This document shows, piece by piece, positions 43,869 to 53,002 of a stretch of 64,000 bases of DNA. The stretch lies in NCBI GenBank assembly GCA_965207735.1, contig OZ242296.1, forward strand, positions 5,120,001-5,184,000. Reading direction: 5' to 3'. Within the stretch, counting starts at the first letter, position 1, and each line of letters begins with the position of its first letter. This DNA comes from Candidatus Versatilivorator sp. (GTDB lineage Bacteria > Acidobacteriota > Terriglobia > Versatilivoradales > Versatilivoraceae). The position numbers and the translations under genes are program-made. The notes under the pieces are model-generated. The model saw nothing but the letters and a program-made list of their open reading frames with translations, was not told where the DNA came from and did no database searches.

Positions 43869-45323
43869 CTACGCCACGATCTCCTTGATCAGGCGGCCGC
43901 CCAGGTCGGTCAGGCGCTTGAAGCGCCCGGCGTGATAGTAGGTGAGCCGCATGTCGTTCAGGCCCAGGCTGTGCAGCATGGTGCCGTGGAGATCGTGGAG
44001 GTGATAGACGTTCTCGGCCGCCTTGATGCCCAGCTCGTCGGTGTTGCCCACCACCGTTCCGCCCTTGATGCCGCCGCCGGCCATCCAGGCCACCATGGCC
44101 TCCTTGTTGTGGTCGCGGCCGGGATGGGACCGGAAGAAGTCCATGGAGTTATCGGCGGTGCGTCCGAATTCCCCGGCCCAGACCACCAGGGTCTCATCCA
44201 GCAGTCCCCGCTGCTTCAGGTCCTTGAGCAGCGCCGTGACCGGCTGGTCGGTCTCGTAGCCCCGCTTGCGGTGCTCCTCGGCGATATTTTCGTGGGAGTC
44301 CCAGCCGCCGCAATAGACCTGGACGTAGCGGACACCCCGCTCCACCAGGCGGCGGGCCATCAGGCACCGTCGAGCCATGGGCTCCTTGATCTTGTCGTTG
44401 AGGCCGTACATTTCCTTGATCTTGTCGGGCTCGCTGTCGATGTCCACCGCCTCGGGCACGGCGAACTGCATGCGGAAGGCCAGCTCGTAATTCTTCATGC
44501 GGGCCAGCAGGTTCTCGTTGCCGGGGTCGGACTTCAGGTAGGGTCGGTTCAGCCGATTGAGCAGCGCGATGTCGGCCTGCTGCTGCTCCCGGGTGACTCC
44601 CTGCGGAGGCTGGAGATCGAAGATAGGCGCCCCCACCGAGTTCAACAGGGTGCCGTGGGTGGCGGCCGGCAGATATCCGTTGGAGTAGTTGACCGCCCCG
44701 CCGGAGATTCGTCCCCGCTGGTCGGGCAGGACCACGAAGGCCGGCAGGTTCTGGCTCTCGCTGCCGAGCCCGTAAATGACCCAGGAACCGACCGAGGGAC
44801 TGCCGGGAATGGGGACGCCCGTGTTCATCATGAAGCAGGCCCCGGGATGGGCCTCCGAGTCGGTGTGGAGCGATCGGACCACGGCGATGTCGTCCACGCA
44901 GGTGGCCAGGTGGGGAAAGATCTCCGAAACTTCCATGCCGCACTGCCCGTGCCTTGCGAACTTGAAGGGGCTGCCCACGTAAATCCGCTTTTCCAGGCTG
45001 CCGTAGACGCGGGTGACCGGGGTCCCGTGATACTTGGCCAGCGCCGGTTTGGGGTCGAAGGTGTCCATCTGGCCGGGAGCCCCCTCCATGAAGAGAAAGA
45101 TGCAGGCCTTGGCCTTGGCGGCGAAGTGGGGTTGCTTGGGAGCCAGCGGGTCCGGAGCAGTATCGGCCGCCTGAAGCCAGCCGTCCCGGCAGAGCAGCGA
45201 CGAGAGCGCCAGGCTTCCCACGCCTCTGCCGAATCCGTACAGGAAGTCCCTGCGCCCCATCTCTCCCAGGCGCGGGTCCGGTCGTTCCACCCGTGAACAA
45301 ACCTCGAACTCACTCTTGGCCAT
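43869..45323 (-). CDS. DUF1501 domain protein (Tat, alkaline phosphatase/sulfatase-like)
   Basis: GRRDFL; AKACIFLFMEGAPGQMDTFDPKP, ARRLVERGVRYVQ, WDSH, GEFGRT, GRDH, HDLHGT. Confidence 0.92.
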   Translation of the reverse strand: MAKSEFEVCSRVERPDPRLGEMGRRDFLYGFGRGVGSLALSSLLCRDGWLQAADTAPDPLAPKQPHFAAKAKACIFLFMEGAPGQMDTFDPKPALAKYHGTPVTRVYGSLEKRIYVGSPFKFARHGQCGMEVSEIFPHLATCVDDIAVVRSLHTDSEAHPGACFMMNTGVPIPGSPSVGSWVIYGLGSESQNLPAFVVLPDQRGRISGGAVNYSNGYLPAATHGTLLNSVGAPIFDLQPPQGVTREQQQADIALLNRLNRPYLKSDPGNENLLARMKNYELAFRMQFAVPEAVDIDSEPDKIKEMYGLNDKIKEPMARRCLMARRLVERGVRYVQVYCGGWDSHENIAEEHRKRGYETDQPVTALLKDLKQRGLLDETLVVWAGEFGRTADNSMDFFRSHPGRDHNKEAMVAWMAGGGIKGGTVVGNTDELGIKAAENVYHLHDLHGTMLHSLGLNDMRLTYYHAGRFKRLTDLGGRLIKEIVA

Positions 45324-45374
45324 GATTGCTCCTCTTGCTTACCGTCATTACCGGACGCCCTGTTCAGGCAGAAC

Positions 45375-47933
45375 TCATTCCAGGAAGATGAACTCGTTCA
45401 TATTGACGAGAACCAGGCAGAGACGCGCCAGCAGATCGCCGCGGGGCTCTTTCCGCCTGTCCAGTGACTCGCCCAGATCGTTTCCGAAACGGATGGCCCG
45501 CAGCGTCACCTTGGGGGGAGACTCCGGATCGAGCCGATCTTGCCTCAGAAAGGCCAGGCACTCGTTGCGCTCCAGAGCCGAAGGAGGACGTTGAAAGGCC
45601 AGTTGGAAGGCATGCTCCACCTGGCGTTCGGAATCGTCTCCCGCCTCCCGCCGGATGCGGTCCGCCATGAAGCGGGCCTGCTGGTGGGAGAATCTGCTGT
45701 TGAGCAGGGTGAAGACCTGGGGGGTCACGGTGGTGACGTCCCTGACGGGGCAGCTCTCGTTGATATTGGGACCGTCGAACACCGCCACCATGGGGAGCTG
45801 CAAGGAGCGGCACTGCAGCACGTAGAGGCTGCGGCGGCTTCGTTCCGGGCGCGGCGACGGCTCCCACCACACCCCGGCGCGCTGCTGCACCGCGTCGTCG
45901 ATATCGGGGAAGAAGGGCGGACCTCCCACGGAGGGATTGAGTTGTCCGCTGACTGCCAACACGCTGTCCCGCGTGACCTCGGCTTCCAATCGGATGGGGT
46001 TTCGCCGCCACAGGTAGCGGTTGTCGCTGTCCAATCTCCGGTAGGCCTCCAGGTGGGGCGTTCGCAGGGATTGCCGGTAGACACTGGACTGCAGGATGAT
46101 CCGCTGCATCTCCTTGATGCTCCAACCGCTCTGGATGAACTGCCAGGCCAGCCAGTCGAGCAGCTCCCGGTGGACAGTGCCCCCGCCGTTCTTGCCCAGG
46201 TCGCTGGGCGTGGACACCAGGCCGCGGCCGAAATGGTACTGCCAGATCCGGTTCACCATCACCCGGGCCGTCAAGGGGTTGTCGGGGCTGGCGATCCATT
46301 CGGCCAGCAGCTTGCGGGAGCTTCCCCTCGAAGAGCGAATGTCCAGACCCTTGTAGTCCACCGGCCGGGAATGGCCGGTGACGGCGCTCAGGACTCCCGG
46401 TTCCACGGCCTCGCCCAGAAGCTTGTAGTTGCCCCCTTTCAGCACATAGGTGGTGGGGGGACCGGCGGTGTGGGCGCGGAAGCCCTGCGAGGCCACAAAG
46501 GCCATGGCCTTGTAGTAGTCGGGGCTGTTGGGGTTGGCGAAACGCTGGCCTTGTCGTGAAATCAGTCGCAGCCGTTCCACTTCCTCCTTGGCATAAAGGG
46601 ATCTCTTGGGGAAGGGGGTGCGTTTCAGATCGGAGACCACCCAGTCCTTGAGATCCTGGGGAGCCATGAGCTGGTAATGGGGAGCCACCCGGGCCGCCAG
46701 CCCGGCCTTGAACTTGGCGGCCTCCTCCTTGCGCTGTTCCAGCAGGTTCTTCCAGTCCTCGGCCTTCTTCTTCCATAGGCCGGGATCCAGTTCCGGAAGC
46801 TCGTAGGGGGTGAAGGGCACGGGTTCAGGGCCGACCGTCAGCGGAGCAAAGAAGGCTTCCATTCGGTAGTAGTCCCGCGTGGGAATGGGATCGTACTTGT
46901 GGTCGTGGCAGCGGGCACAGCCCAGGGTCATTCCCAGGAACACCGAACCCGTGGTTCCGACCACGTCATTGAGGAAGTCCCGTCGGGTTTGGGGCGAATC
47001 CACTCGCTGCACGAACACCCACTGGTGCAGGAACCCGGTGGCGATCTTGCCCTCCGCCCCATATTTTCTGTAGGCGTCTCCGGCGAGCTGCTGCCGGATG
47101 AAGCGGTCGTAAGGCATGTCCCGGTTGAAGGCTCGGACCACGTAGTCCCGGTAACGCCACATGTGGGGTCGGGGATAGTCGACGGCCTCGCCCACCGTGT
47201 CCGAGTAGCGCACCAGGTCCAGCCAATGCCTTCCCCAACGCTCGCCGTAGGCCGGATTGTCCAGCAGCCCCTCGACAGCGTCGCGGTAGGCGTCCTCCGA
47301 GGGGTCCTGGAGAAAGGCGGCCATGGCCTCGGGAGAGGGCGGCAGACCGGTCAGTCCGAAGTGGATCCGTCTCAACAAGGCGCGCCGGGAGGCCGGTGGG
47401 GCCGGCTCCATACCCTTTTTCTCCAGGGTAGCCAGGATGAAGGCGTCAATCGGATTGCGGACCCACTGATGCTGCTCTACCGTTGGGACCTCGGGCAGGG
47501 CCAACCGGGTCCAGGGCCAGCTCTTGGAGCCGCCCGAGGCGCGGTCCGCCGCCACATCGGCCGGCTTCAACCCGTCGATCCAGGCGGCGATGAGGCTGAT
47601 CTCCCCGTCCGTCAGCCGCGAGCCGTCCATCGGCATTGCGGGCTCGGTGTCGCCCTTGACTCTTGAGACCAAGGGGCTGGCGGCGCTGTTGCCGGCAATC
47701 ACCGCCGGTCCATCCAGCGCGCCGCCTTCCAGCAGAGCATCCAGCGTGTCGACCACCAGGCCGCTCTGGTGCATCTCGGCCCCGTGGCAACTCTGGCAGT
47801 GCTGGTCCAGAATGGGCCGGATGTCCCGCTCGAAGCTGATCTCGTCACTCTGGCCACGAGCGATGGGGACCAGGGATTGGGCTGACAGGACGAGAAGCGC
47901 GGCGAGGCAGAGGTGGCTGAACAAGTGGTTCAT
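45375..47933 (-). CDS. Planctomycete cytochrome c + DUF1549 + DUF1553 (PSD1) protein
   Basis: FERDIRPILDQHCQSCH, NPIDAFI, YGERWGRHWLDLVRY, GCARCHDHKYDPI, NPLTARVMVNRIWQ, LVNMNEFIFLE. Confidence 0.93.
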   Translation of the reverse strand: MNHLFSHLCLAALLVLSAQSLVPIARGQSDEISFERDIRPILDQHCQSCHGAEMHQSGLVVDTLDALLEGGALDGPAVIAGNSAASPLVSRVKGDTEPAMPMDGSRLTDGEISLIAAWIDGLKPADVAADRASGGSKSWPWTRLALPEVPTVEQHQWVRNPIDAFILATLEKKGMEPAPPASRRALLRRIHFGLTGLPPSPEAMAAFLQDPSEDAYRDAVEGLLDNPAYGERWGRHWLDLVRYSDTVGEAVDYPRPHMWRYRDYVVRAFNRDMPYDRFIRQQLAGDAYRKYGAEGKIATGFLHQWVFVQRVDSPQTRRDFLNDVVGTTGSVFLGMTLGCARCHDHKYDPIPTRDYYRMEAFFAPLTVGPEPVPFTPYELPELDPGLWKKKAEDWKNLLEQRKEEAAKFKAGLAARVAPHYQLMAPQDLKDWVVSDLKRTPFPKRSLYAKEEVERLRLISRQGQRFANPNSPDYYKAMAFVASQGFRAHTAGPPTTYVLKGGNYKLLGEAVEPGVLSAVTGHSRPVDYKGLDIRSSRGSSRKLLAEWIASPDNPLTARVMVNRIWQYHFGRGLVSTPSDLGKNGGGTVHRELLDWLAWQFIQSGWSIKEMQRIILQSSVYRQSLRTPHLEAYRRLDSDNRYLWRRNPIRLEAEVTRDSVLAVSGQLNPSVGGPPFFPDIDDAVQQRAGVWWEPSPRPERSRRSLYVLQCRSLQLPMVAVFDGPNINESCPVRDVTTVTPQVFTLLNSRFSHQQARFMADRIRREAGDDSERQVEHAFQLAFQRPPSALERNECLAFLRQDRLDPESPPKVTLRAIRFGNDLGESLDRRKEPRGDLLARLCLVLVNMNEFIFLE

Positions 47934-48198
47934 GGCATCCCCTCGGGGGCCAGCTGCCCGCAAATGACAAATGGTTGGAAGTCTTCCTGAGGTTATTGCT
48001 TACAATGTAGCTATCAAAATATATAACAGGGGTCCTGACGGGTCAATTCCAAACGGGCGCAGGGCGTGGGTTGCCGAAGAATGGCGGTGTCGTTGCCGCA
48101 CGAGCCCATCGTTCCCCTTTTCGGGGACGGAGATTGGGGAAGGAGGGGAAGAACCACCAATGGACACGAAGAGACTGTACGGAGGCAGGGAGGGTTCC

Positions 48199-50373
48199 AT
48201 GGCAATGTGGGGTCGCAGGTCCTTCCTGGCGGCAGCCGCGGCGCTGCCGGCGCTGGCAGCCGCATGCCATCCCGACATCGAGGAGGAAAGCGGTTCCAGG
48301 CCTTGGACCGAGCCGCAACGCTACGGGACAGCCGCCGGCCGAGGTTCCTTCAGAAATATCTGGACCGACTCGGAGATCCACCGCTTTTGGCACCGGGACT
48401 TCCCGAACTTTCATCGCCTCCGGACCGATCTGGACAGCCGCTATTCGCGTTGTCGGCAGTCCATTCCCAGGCTTCCGGCAGGGCCGCTCTACCTGCGCCT
48501 GAAACTGCTCTGCACCGGGGAAGCCGGCCGCACGCTGTTTACCCTGGGGTTGAAGAGCCGTGCCCTGGGGAACTGGGCCTTCAGCCTGGGGGCCTGCCCG
48601 ACCCATGGGATCTCGTTCGGAACCGAGGGGTGGCAGATCCTGGTGAACGCAGCCGACCCGTGGCAAGAGAGAACCGCGGTGCACGGACTGGACCACCGGG
48701 ACTGGCACACCTGGGTAATGGTCGTTCCCGATGCTGCCGGTCCGGCTCGGGTCTATTGCGACGGGCGTTACCTGATGGACTTGACCCGGCCCATCACCGG
48801 TGCCCAGAGGGACAAGGTCGCCCAGGAACAGAATGGGCGCCACGGGTCCATACAGCAGTTGGTCCCCGAAACTCCCGGGCAGGCGGACTATGTCTTCCTG
48901 GAGAGCCGCCATCCCGGCCAGGAGCTGGACATCGATCGGTTCGAGGTGTCGACCCGGGCGCCGGCTACCGGTCGCACCTCGCTCCCGGTGGTGCTGGACC
49001 TCGACTGGGAGCTTCAGGGAACCCGCATGGTGGAAAACACCCTTACCCGCTATGCGGGCAATCCAATTCTGGACAAGGCCGACATCCCCGATCCCTCGGG
49101 TCGGGGCTCCGGAGGGTTTAATGCCGAGGTGATCCGGGACGGCGACGGATTTCACATGTACTTCAACGGTGTGAACCGTATGAGCCGGGCCATCGGCCGT
49201 GTCACTTTCGGTCTTTACCACGCCTTTTCAAGGAACGGCACCGACTGGAAAGTGACGCCGGCCAAGCCGGTGCTGAGTCCGGGAGTTCCCGGCTCCTGGG
49301 ACGCCGGCAGCCTGGGCCAGGCCGGTGTGCTCAAGGACGGCAATCGGTTCAGGATGTGGTACGGAGGATACGTGGACCGGTTGCAGCAGGGCAGAGCCGG
49401 CTATGCCGAGTCTGCCGACGGGGTCTTTTGGACCAAGCCGGAATTGGGTCTGGTGCGGTTCGGTGGTCGACAGACCAATATCTGCTTTTCGCTCCAACCC
49501 GGCCACAATTCCAACGAGTACGAGTTGCCGGTGGAGGTGATCCGGGACGAAGCAGCGCCGCCGGAGCGACGTTACCTGATGTTCCTGCATACTCAGGGGC
49601 CGCACGGTTTCATTGTAGACGTGGCCGTTTCGCCCGATGGCCGCAGGTTCGTGCGTGCGCCCCACAATGCCCGCCACTACGCCTTCGATGCGGTTCCTCG
49701 CAACAGCACCCTCCACGGCGCGGCCGTGGTCCTGAAAGAGAACAGTAACTGGTGGGCCTTCGTGGGACACCACGAGGCCGATGGAGGAGGCTATCGCATG
49801 CGGTTCACCGGGTGGGCAACCGAGCCCGAGGAGACGGAGAATATCGGATTCGGATTGTGGACTTCCCGGCGAATCCAGCTCGAACCGAACGGTCAGGCCT
49901 GGGAGCAGGGGGAACCCCGCGTATCGAGTGTTCTGGAAGTAGGAAACGAGTGGTGGGTCTATTACAGTGCAGGAGGCAGCATCGGGTTGGCCCGGGTGGG
50001 GCGCCACCGTCTCTACGGTCTGGAGCTGGAAACCGATCGGCAGGTGGGGGAGATTACTTCGGTGGTGTTGAAGCCGCCGCGGCGGGGATGGCGCCGCCAG
50101 CGTCTCACCGTGAATGTCAGCGGGCTCTCTGGGGGCGGGCGCCTGGAAGCCGAGCTGCTGGATGGGGTGCGCCGGTCCCCCCTGGAAGGCTTTGGCCTGA
50201 AGCAGTCGGTAGCCATTGAGCGGGACGGTTACGAGGTCCCCTTGCGCTGGGAACCCGTGGGTGCGCAACTTCCCGACATACCTAAGCCGCTGCGGGTGCG
50301 GTTGAGAATGACCCGGGGCCGGGGAAATCCTCAACTCCACGCTCTCCATGTGCGGGCCGGCGACGGCCGCTGA
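48199..50373 (+). CDS. Exported hypothetical protein with a five-bladed beta-propeller (GH32/GH43/GH130-like) region
   Basis: GRRSFL motif and LAAAC; YAGNPIL, SRNGTDW, PVLSPG..WD, FRMWYGG, YAESADGVFWTKPELG; C-terminal LTVN..LEAELLD..LEGF domain. Confidence 0.7.
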   Translation: MAMWGRRSFLAAAAALPALAAACHPDIEEESGSRPWTEPQRYGTAAGRGSFRNIWTDSEIHRFWHRDFPNFHRLRTDLDSRYSRCRQSIPRLPAGPLYLRLKLLCTGEAGRTLFTLGLKSRALGNWAFSLGACPTHGISFGTEGWQILVNAADPWQERTAVHGLDHRDWHTWVMVVPDAAGPARVYCDGRYLMDLTRPITGAQRDKVAQEQNGRHGSIQQLVPETPGQADYVFLESRHPGQELDIDRFEVSTRAPATGRTSLPVVLDLDWELQGTRMVENTLTRYAGNPILDKADIPDPSGRGSGGFNAEVIRDGDGFHMYFNGVNRMSRAIGRVTFGLYHAFSRNGTDWKVTPAKPVLSPGVPGSWDAGSLGQAGVLKDGNRFRMWYGGYVDRLQQGRAGYAESADGVFWTKPELGLVRFGGRQTNICFSLQPGHNSNEYELPVEVIRDEAAPPERRYLMFLHTQGPHGFIVDVAVSPDGRRFVRAPHNARHYAFDAVPRNSTLHGAAVVLKENSNWWAFVGHHEADGGGYRMRFTGWATEPEETENIGFGLWTSRRIQLEPNGQAWEQGEPRVSSVLEVGNEWWVYYSAGGSIGLARVGRHRLYGLELETDRQVGEITSVVLKPPRRGWRRQRLTVNVSGLSGGGRLEAELLDGVRRSPLEGFGLKQSVAIERDGYEVPLRWEPVGAQLPDIPKPLRVRLRMTRGRGNPQLHALHVRAGDGR

Positions 50374-50487
50374 TCCAGTTGGCGACCATGCCGCGGGATT
50401 GTGATAGCATCACGGCCCAATGTCCCTGAAATTGTCCTGCGCCTGACCGCCGGCGGTCAGACGTTCCCGATCTGAGAGGAGTCGCCC

Positions 50488-51864
50488 ATGTCACCCTTGT
50501 TTCGGCGTGAATTCCTGGCCTCGGGCGCCTTGGGTTTGGCCGGACTGGCCGTGCCCGGGTGGCTGCGGGCCGCCCTCTCCGGTAATGCCCGCGAGGAACT
50601 GAAGATCACCGAAATCGAAGCGCACGAGGTGTGCCCTCCCTATCACGACTACAATTCGCGCTGGCTTTTCCGCTATCACGGATTGGGAATCAAGCTGCGT
50701 ACCATCTACGTTGCGAAGACGCAAAGCGGCCTGGAAGGCATCGGAGAGAGCTGGGGTCCGCTTCCCGAAAACGATCCCTCATCCCGCTACGTCGGCTCCA
50801 GCGCCTTCGACTGGATCGGCGACACCAGGAACCTGGCCATCAACATGGCCGTCTACGACCTGATGGGCAAGTACCTGGGCCTGCCCTGCTGGAAGCTGAT
50901 CGGGCCGCGGGTCCGTTCCTGGGTTCCGGTGGCGGCCTGGACGGCCTCTCAACCCCCCGAGGGCATGGCCGAAGAGGCGGTCAACGTGGCCGGGCGGGGA
51001 TTTCACTGGCTCAAATACCACGTGGACGTCATTCAAAACGTGGTGGATCAGACCGAAGCCATCCAGAAGGTGGCGCCTCCCGGCTTCAAGGTCCACTACG
51101 ACTTCAATGCGGACTCCAATGTGGAGGCGGTGGAGTCGGTCCTCAAGGAGCTGGAGAAATTCAGCGTGGCCGGCCGCATCGAGGACCCCCTCCGGGCTGT
51201 TGACCACGAAGGCTACCGGATTCTCCGGGAAAGGTGTTCCATTCCCATTCTCATCCACCACGGCCCTGCTGACTATTTCATGCGGCACGGCCTGTGCGAC
51301 GGCTTCATGGCCGGCCACGCTCCGGTGGGACTCGCCGCCAAGCTGGCCGGCATGGCCGAGTCCGCCAATACCCCCTTCATGCTGCAGCAGTGCGGGGGAA
51401 CCATCAACCAGGCCTTCCTGGCGCACGAGGCGGCCGTGTTCAAGATGGCCATTCTGGATCACGTGAGCCTCTGTCATCTCTGGAAGGAAGACGTGACGGT
51501 GGAAACCATGCCCGTGGTGAACGGCAGCGTGCAGGTTCTTGGGAAACCGGGACTGGGCGTGACCCTCGACCGTGACAAGCTGCGCCGGCTCAGTCAGGCG
51601 CCCCGGCCCCGCCAGGACCGCTTCCTGGTGCGGATGCGTTACCGGAACGGCTTCAGGGTCTATTTCCGCTTCGATCCCGACGCCCCCGGGTCGAACCTTC
51701 GCTTTCTGAACCCTCCGGACATCCCGGGCCCGCGGCTGCAGCGGGGAACCTCCGGTTACGCAAACCCGCTGGTAACCGATTTCTGGGATGAGGACGGATC
51801 GCAGGCCTTTGAGCGTCTCTGGGCGGAGACCGAATCGGGGCCGGTCTGGGGGAGTGGAGAGTGA
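50488..51864 (+). CDS. Mandelate racemase/muconate lactonizing enzyme (enolase superfamily) protein with Tat-like leader
   Basis: FRREFL; LKITEIE, GLEGIGE, MAVYDLMGKYLGLPCWKLIG, YDFN, IEDP, KPGLGVTLD. Confidence 0.88.
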   Translation: MSPLFRREFLASGALGLAGLAVPGWLRAALSGNAREELKITEIEAHEVCPPYHDYNSRWLFRYHGLGIKLRTIYVAKTQSGLEGIGESWGPLPENDPSSRYVGSSAFDWIGDTRNLAINMAVYDLMGKYLGLPCWKLIGPRVRSWVPVAAWTASQPPEGMAEEAVNVAGRGFHWLKYHVDVIQNVVDQTEAIQKVAPPGFKVHYDFNADSNVEAVESVLKELEKFSVAGRIEDPLRAVDHEGYRILRERCSIPILIHHGPADYFMRHGLCDGFMAGHAPVGLAAKLAGMAESANTPFMLQQCGGTINQAFLAHEAAVFKMAILDHVSLCHLWKEDVTVETMPVVNGSVQVLGKPGLGVTLDRDKLRRLSQAPRPRQDRFLVRMRYRNGFRVYFRFDPDAPGSNLRFLNPPDIPGPRLQRGTSGYANPLVTDFWDEDGSQAFERLWAETESGPVWGSGE

Positions 51865-51885
51865 AGAGTGGAGAGTGGAGAGTTT
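51852..51885. repeat. Solo 7-mer repeat arm (GAGTGGA) overlapping the upstream stop codon
   Basis: Reverse complement matches 13462-13495 exactly, including the CTTCACT variant unit. Confidence 0.85.
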
Positions 51886-51925
51886 CGGGCACAGGCAAGC
51901 CGAAATCCAATCAAAGGAGTGACTG

Positions 51926-53002
51926 ATGACCGATCGCCGTTCGTTCTTGACCTCGATGGCGGCCGGGGCCTGGCTGCCGGCGGTGTCCCAGGCCCCGGCG
52001 GACGCCGCCGGGCCGACGCCTCGAAAGATTCGGGTGGGGGCGCTCAACGTGGGGGAGTACACCTTCTGGGGGATCTGGGCCGATATTCTGGCTGCCCAGG
52101 GGTTGTTCGGCGGCGGTCTGCTGAACATGGAGATTACCCACTGCTGGGATGTGAACCCCAAGCTGGCCCGCGAGTTTGCGGCCAAGTACGGCTGCGTGGT
52201 GGTGGACCGTTACGACGGGATGCTGGGCAAGGTGGATGCCATCGGCTTCGGAGGGCTCTACGAGGTTCCCTGGCAGCACCGCCTGGCCTGGCCCTATGTC
52301 GAGGCGGGGGTGCCCACTTACCTGAGCCGTCCCTTCAGCTACCGCTTGCGGGATATCGACTCGATCCTGAACCTGGCTGCCAAACACGACACGCCACTGA
52401 TGGCCACCAGCGTTCAGGAACACTATTACCAGGCTTCCTATCTCAAGGAACGGTTGGGCAACGTGGGGGTTATCAAGGGAGTGCACGGTCTCTGCAACAC
52501 CAACGAATATCCGGCCCATTTCCACGTTCAGTGGTTCATCCTGCGGGCGCTGGGTTACGAGGTGGAGAAGGTCTCCCTGTTTACCGACGACGAGCGCAAG
52601 GCTACCTACCTGCAGGACACCATGCTGTTCAAGGGCAGGGAAGGACAACCACCCTTCCTGGCCGCGCTGCATGGGGTCCCTGACATCCACCACCTCTATC
52701 TGAAGGTCACCGGGGACAAGGGGAGCGAAACCGTCACCGTGGACCGCAGCCCGGACCGGAGGGAGACCCTCTACTACTACTTTGCCCCCCAGCTCATGGA
52801 CATGCAGCGGACCTTCCAAGGGGACAGCTACCAGCCTTTCGACGTCATTCGCAAGAAGACGCAGGTGTTTCTGGCCGGCTACTACTCCTATCTGGAGCGA
52901 GAAGGGAGTCTCTTTCCGGTGGACCAGGTGCCGGTGGACTGGTCCCCCCGCCACTTCAGGCCCGGCTGGATCGACGAGTCGATCTTTCCCGGCAGGTCCT
53001 AG
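51926..53002 (+). CDS. Divergent Gfo/Idh/MocA-like oxidoreductase with Tat-like leader
   Basis: AAGGAG RBS; DRRSFL; KIRVG..., AREFAAKYG, MLGKVDAI, H..LA.PYVEAGVPTYLSRPF (variant of EKP). Confidence 0.7.
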   Translation: MTDRRSFLTSMAAGAWLPAVSQAPADAAGPTPRKIRVGALNVGEYTFWGIWADILAAQGLFGGGLLNMEITHCWDVNPKLAREFAAKYGCVVVDRYDGMLGKVDAIGFGGLYEVPWQHRLAWPYVEAGVPTYLSRPFSYRLRDIDSILNLAAKHDTPLMATSVQEHYYQASYLKERLGNVGVIKGVHGLCNTNEYPAHFHVQWFILRALGYEVEKVSLFTDDERKATYLQDTMLFKGREGQPPFLAALHGVPDIHHLYLKVTGDKGSETVTVDRSPDRRETLYYYFAPQLMDMQRTFQGDSYQPFDVIRKKTQVFLAGYYSYLEREGSLFPVDQVPVDWSPRHFRPGWIDESIFPGRS

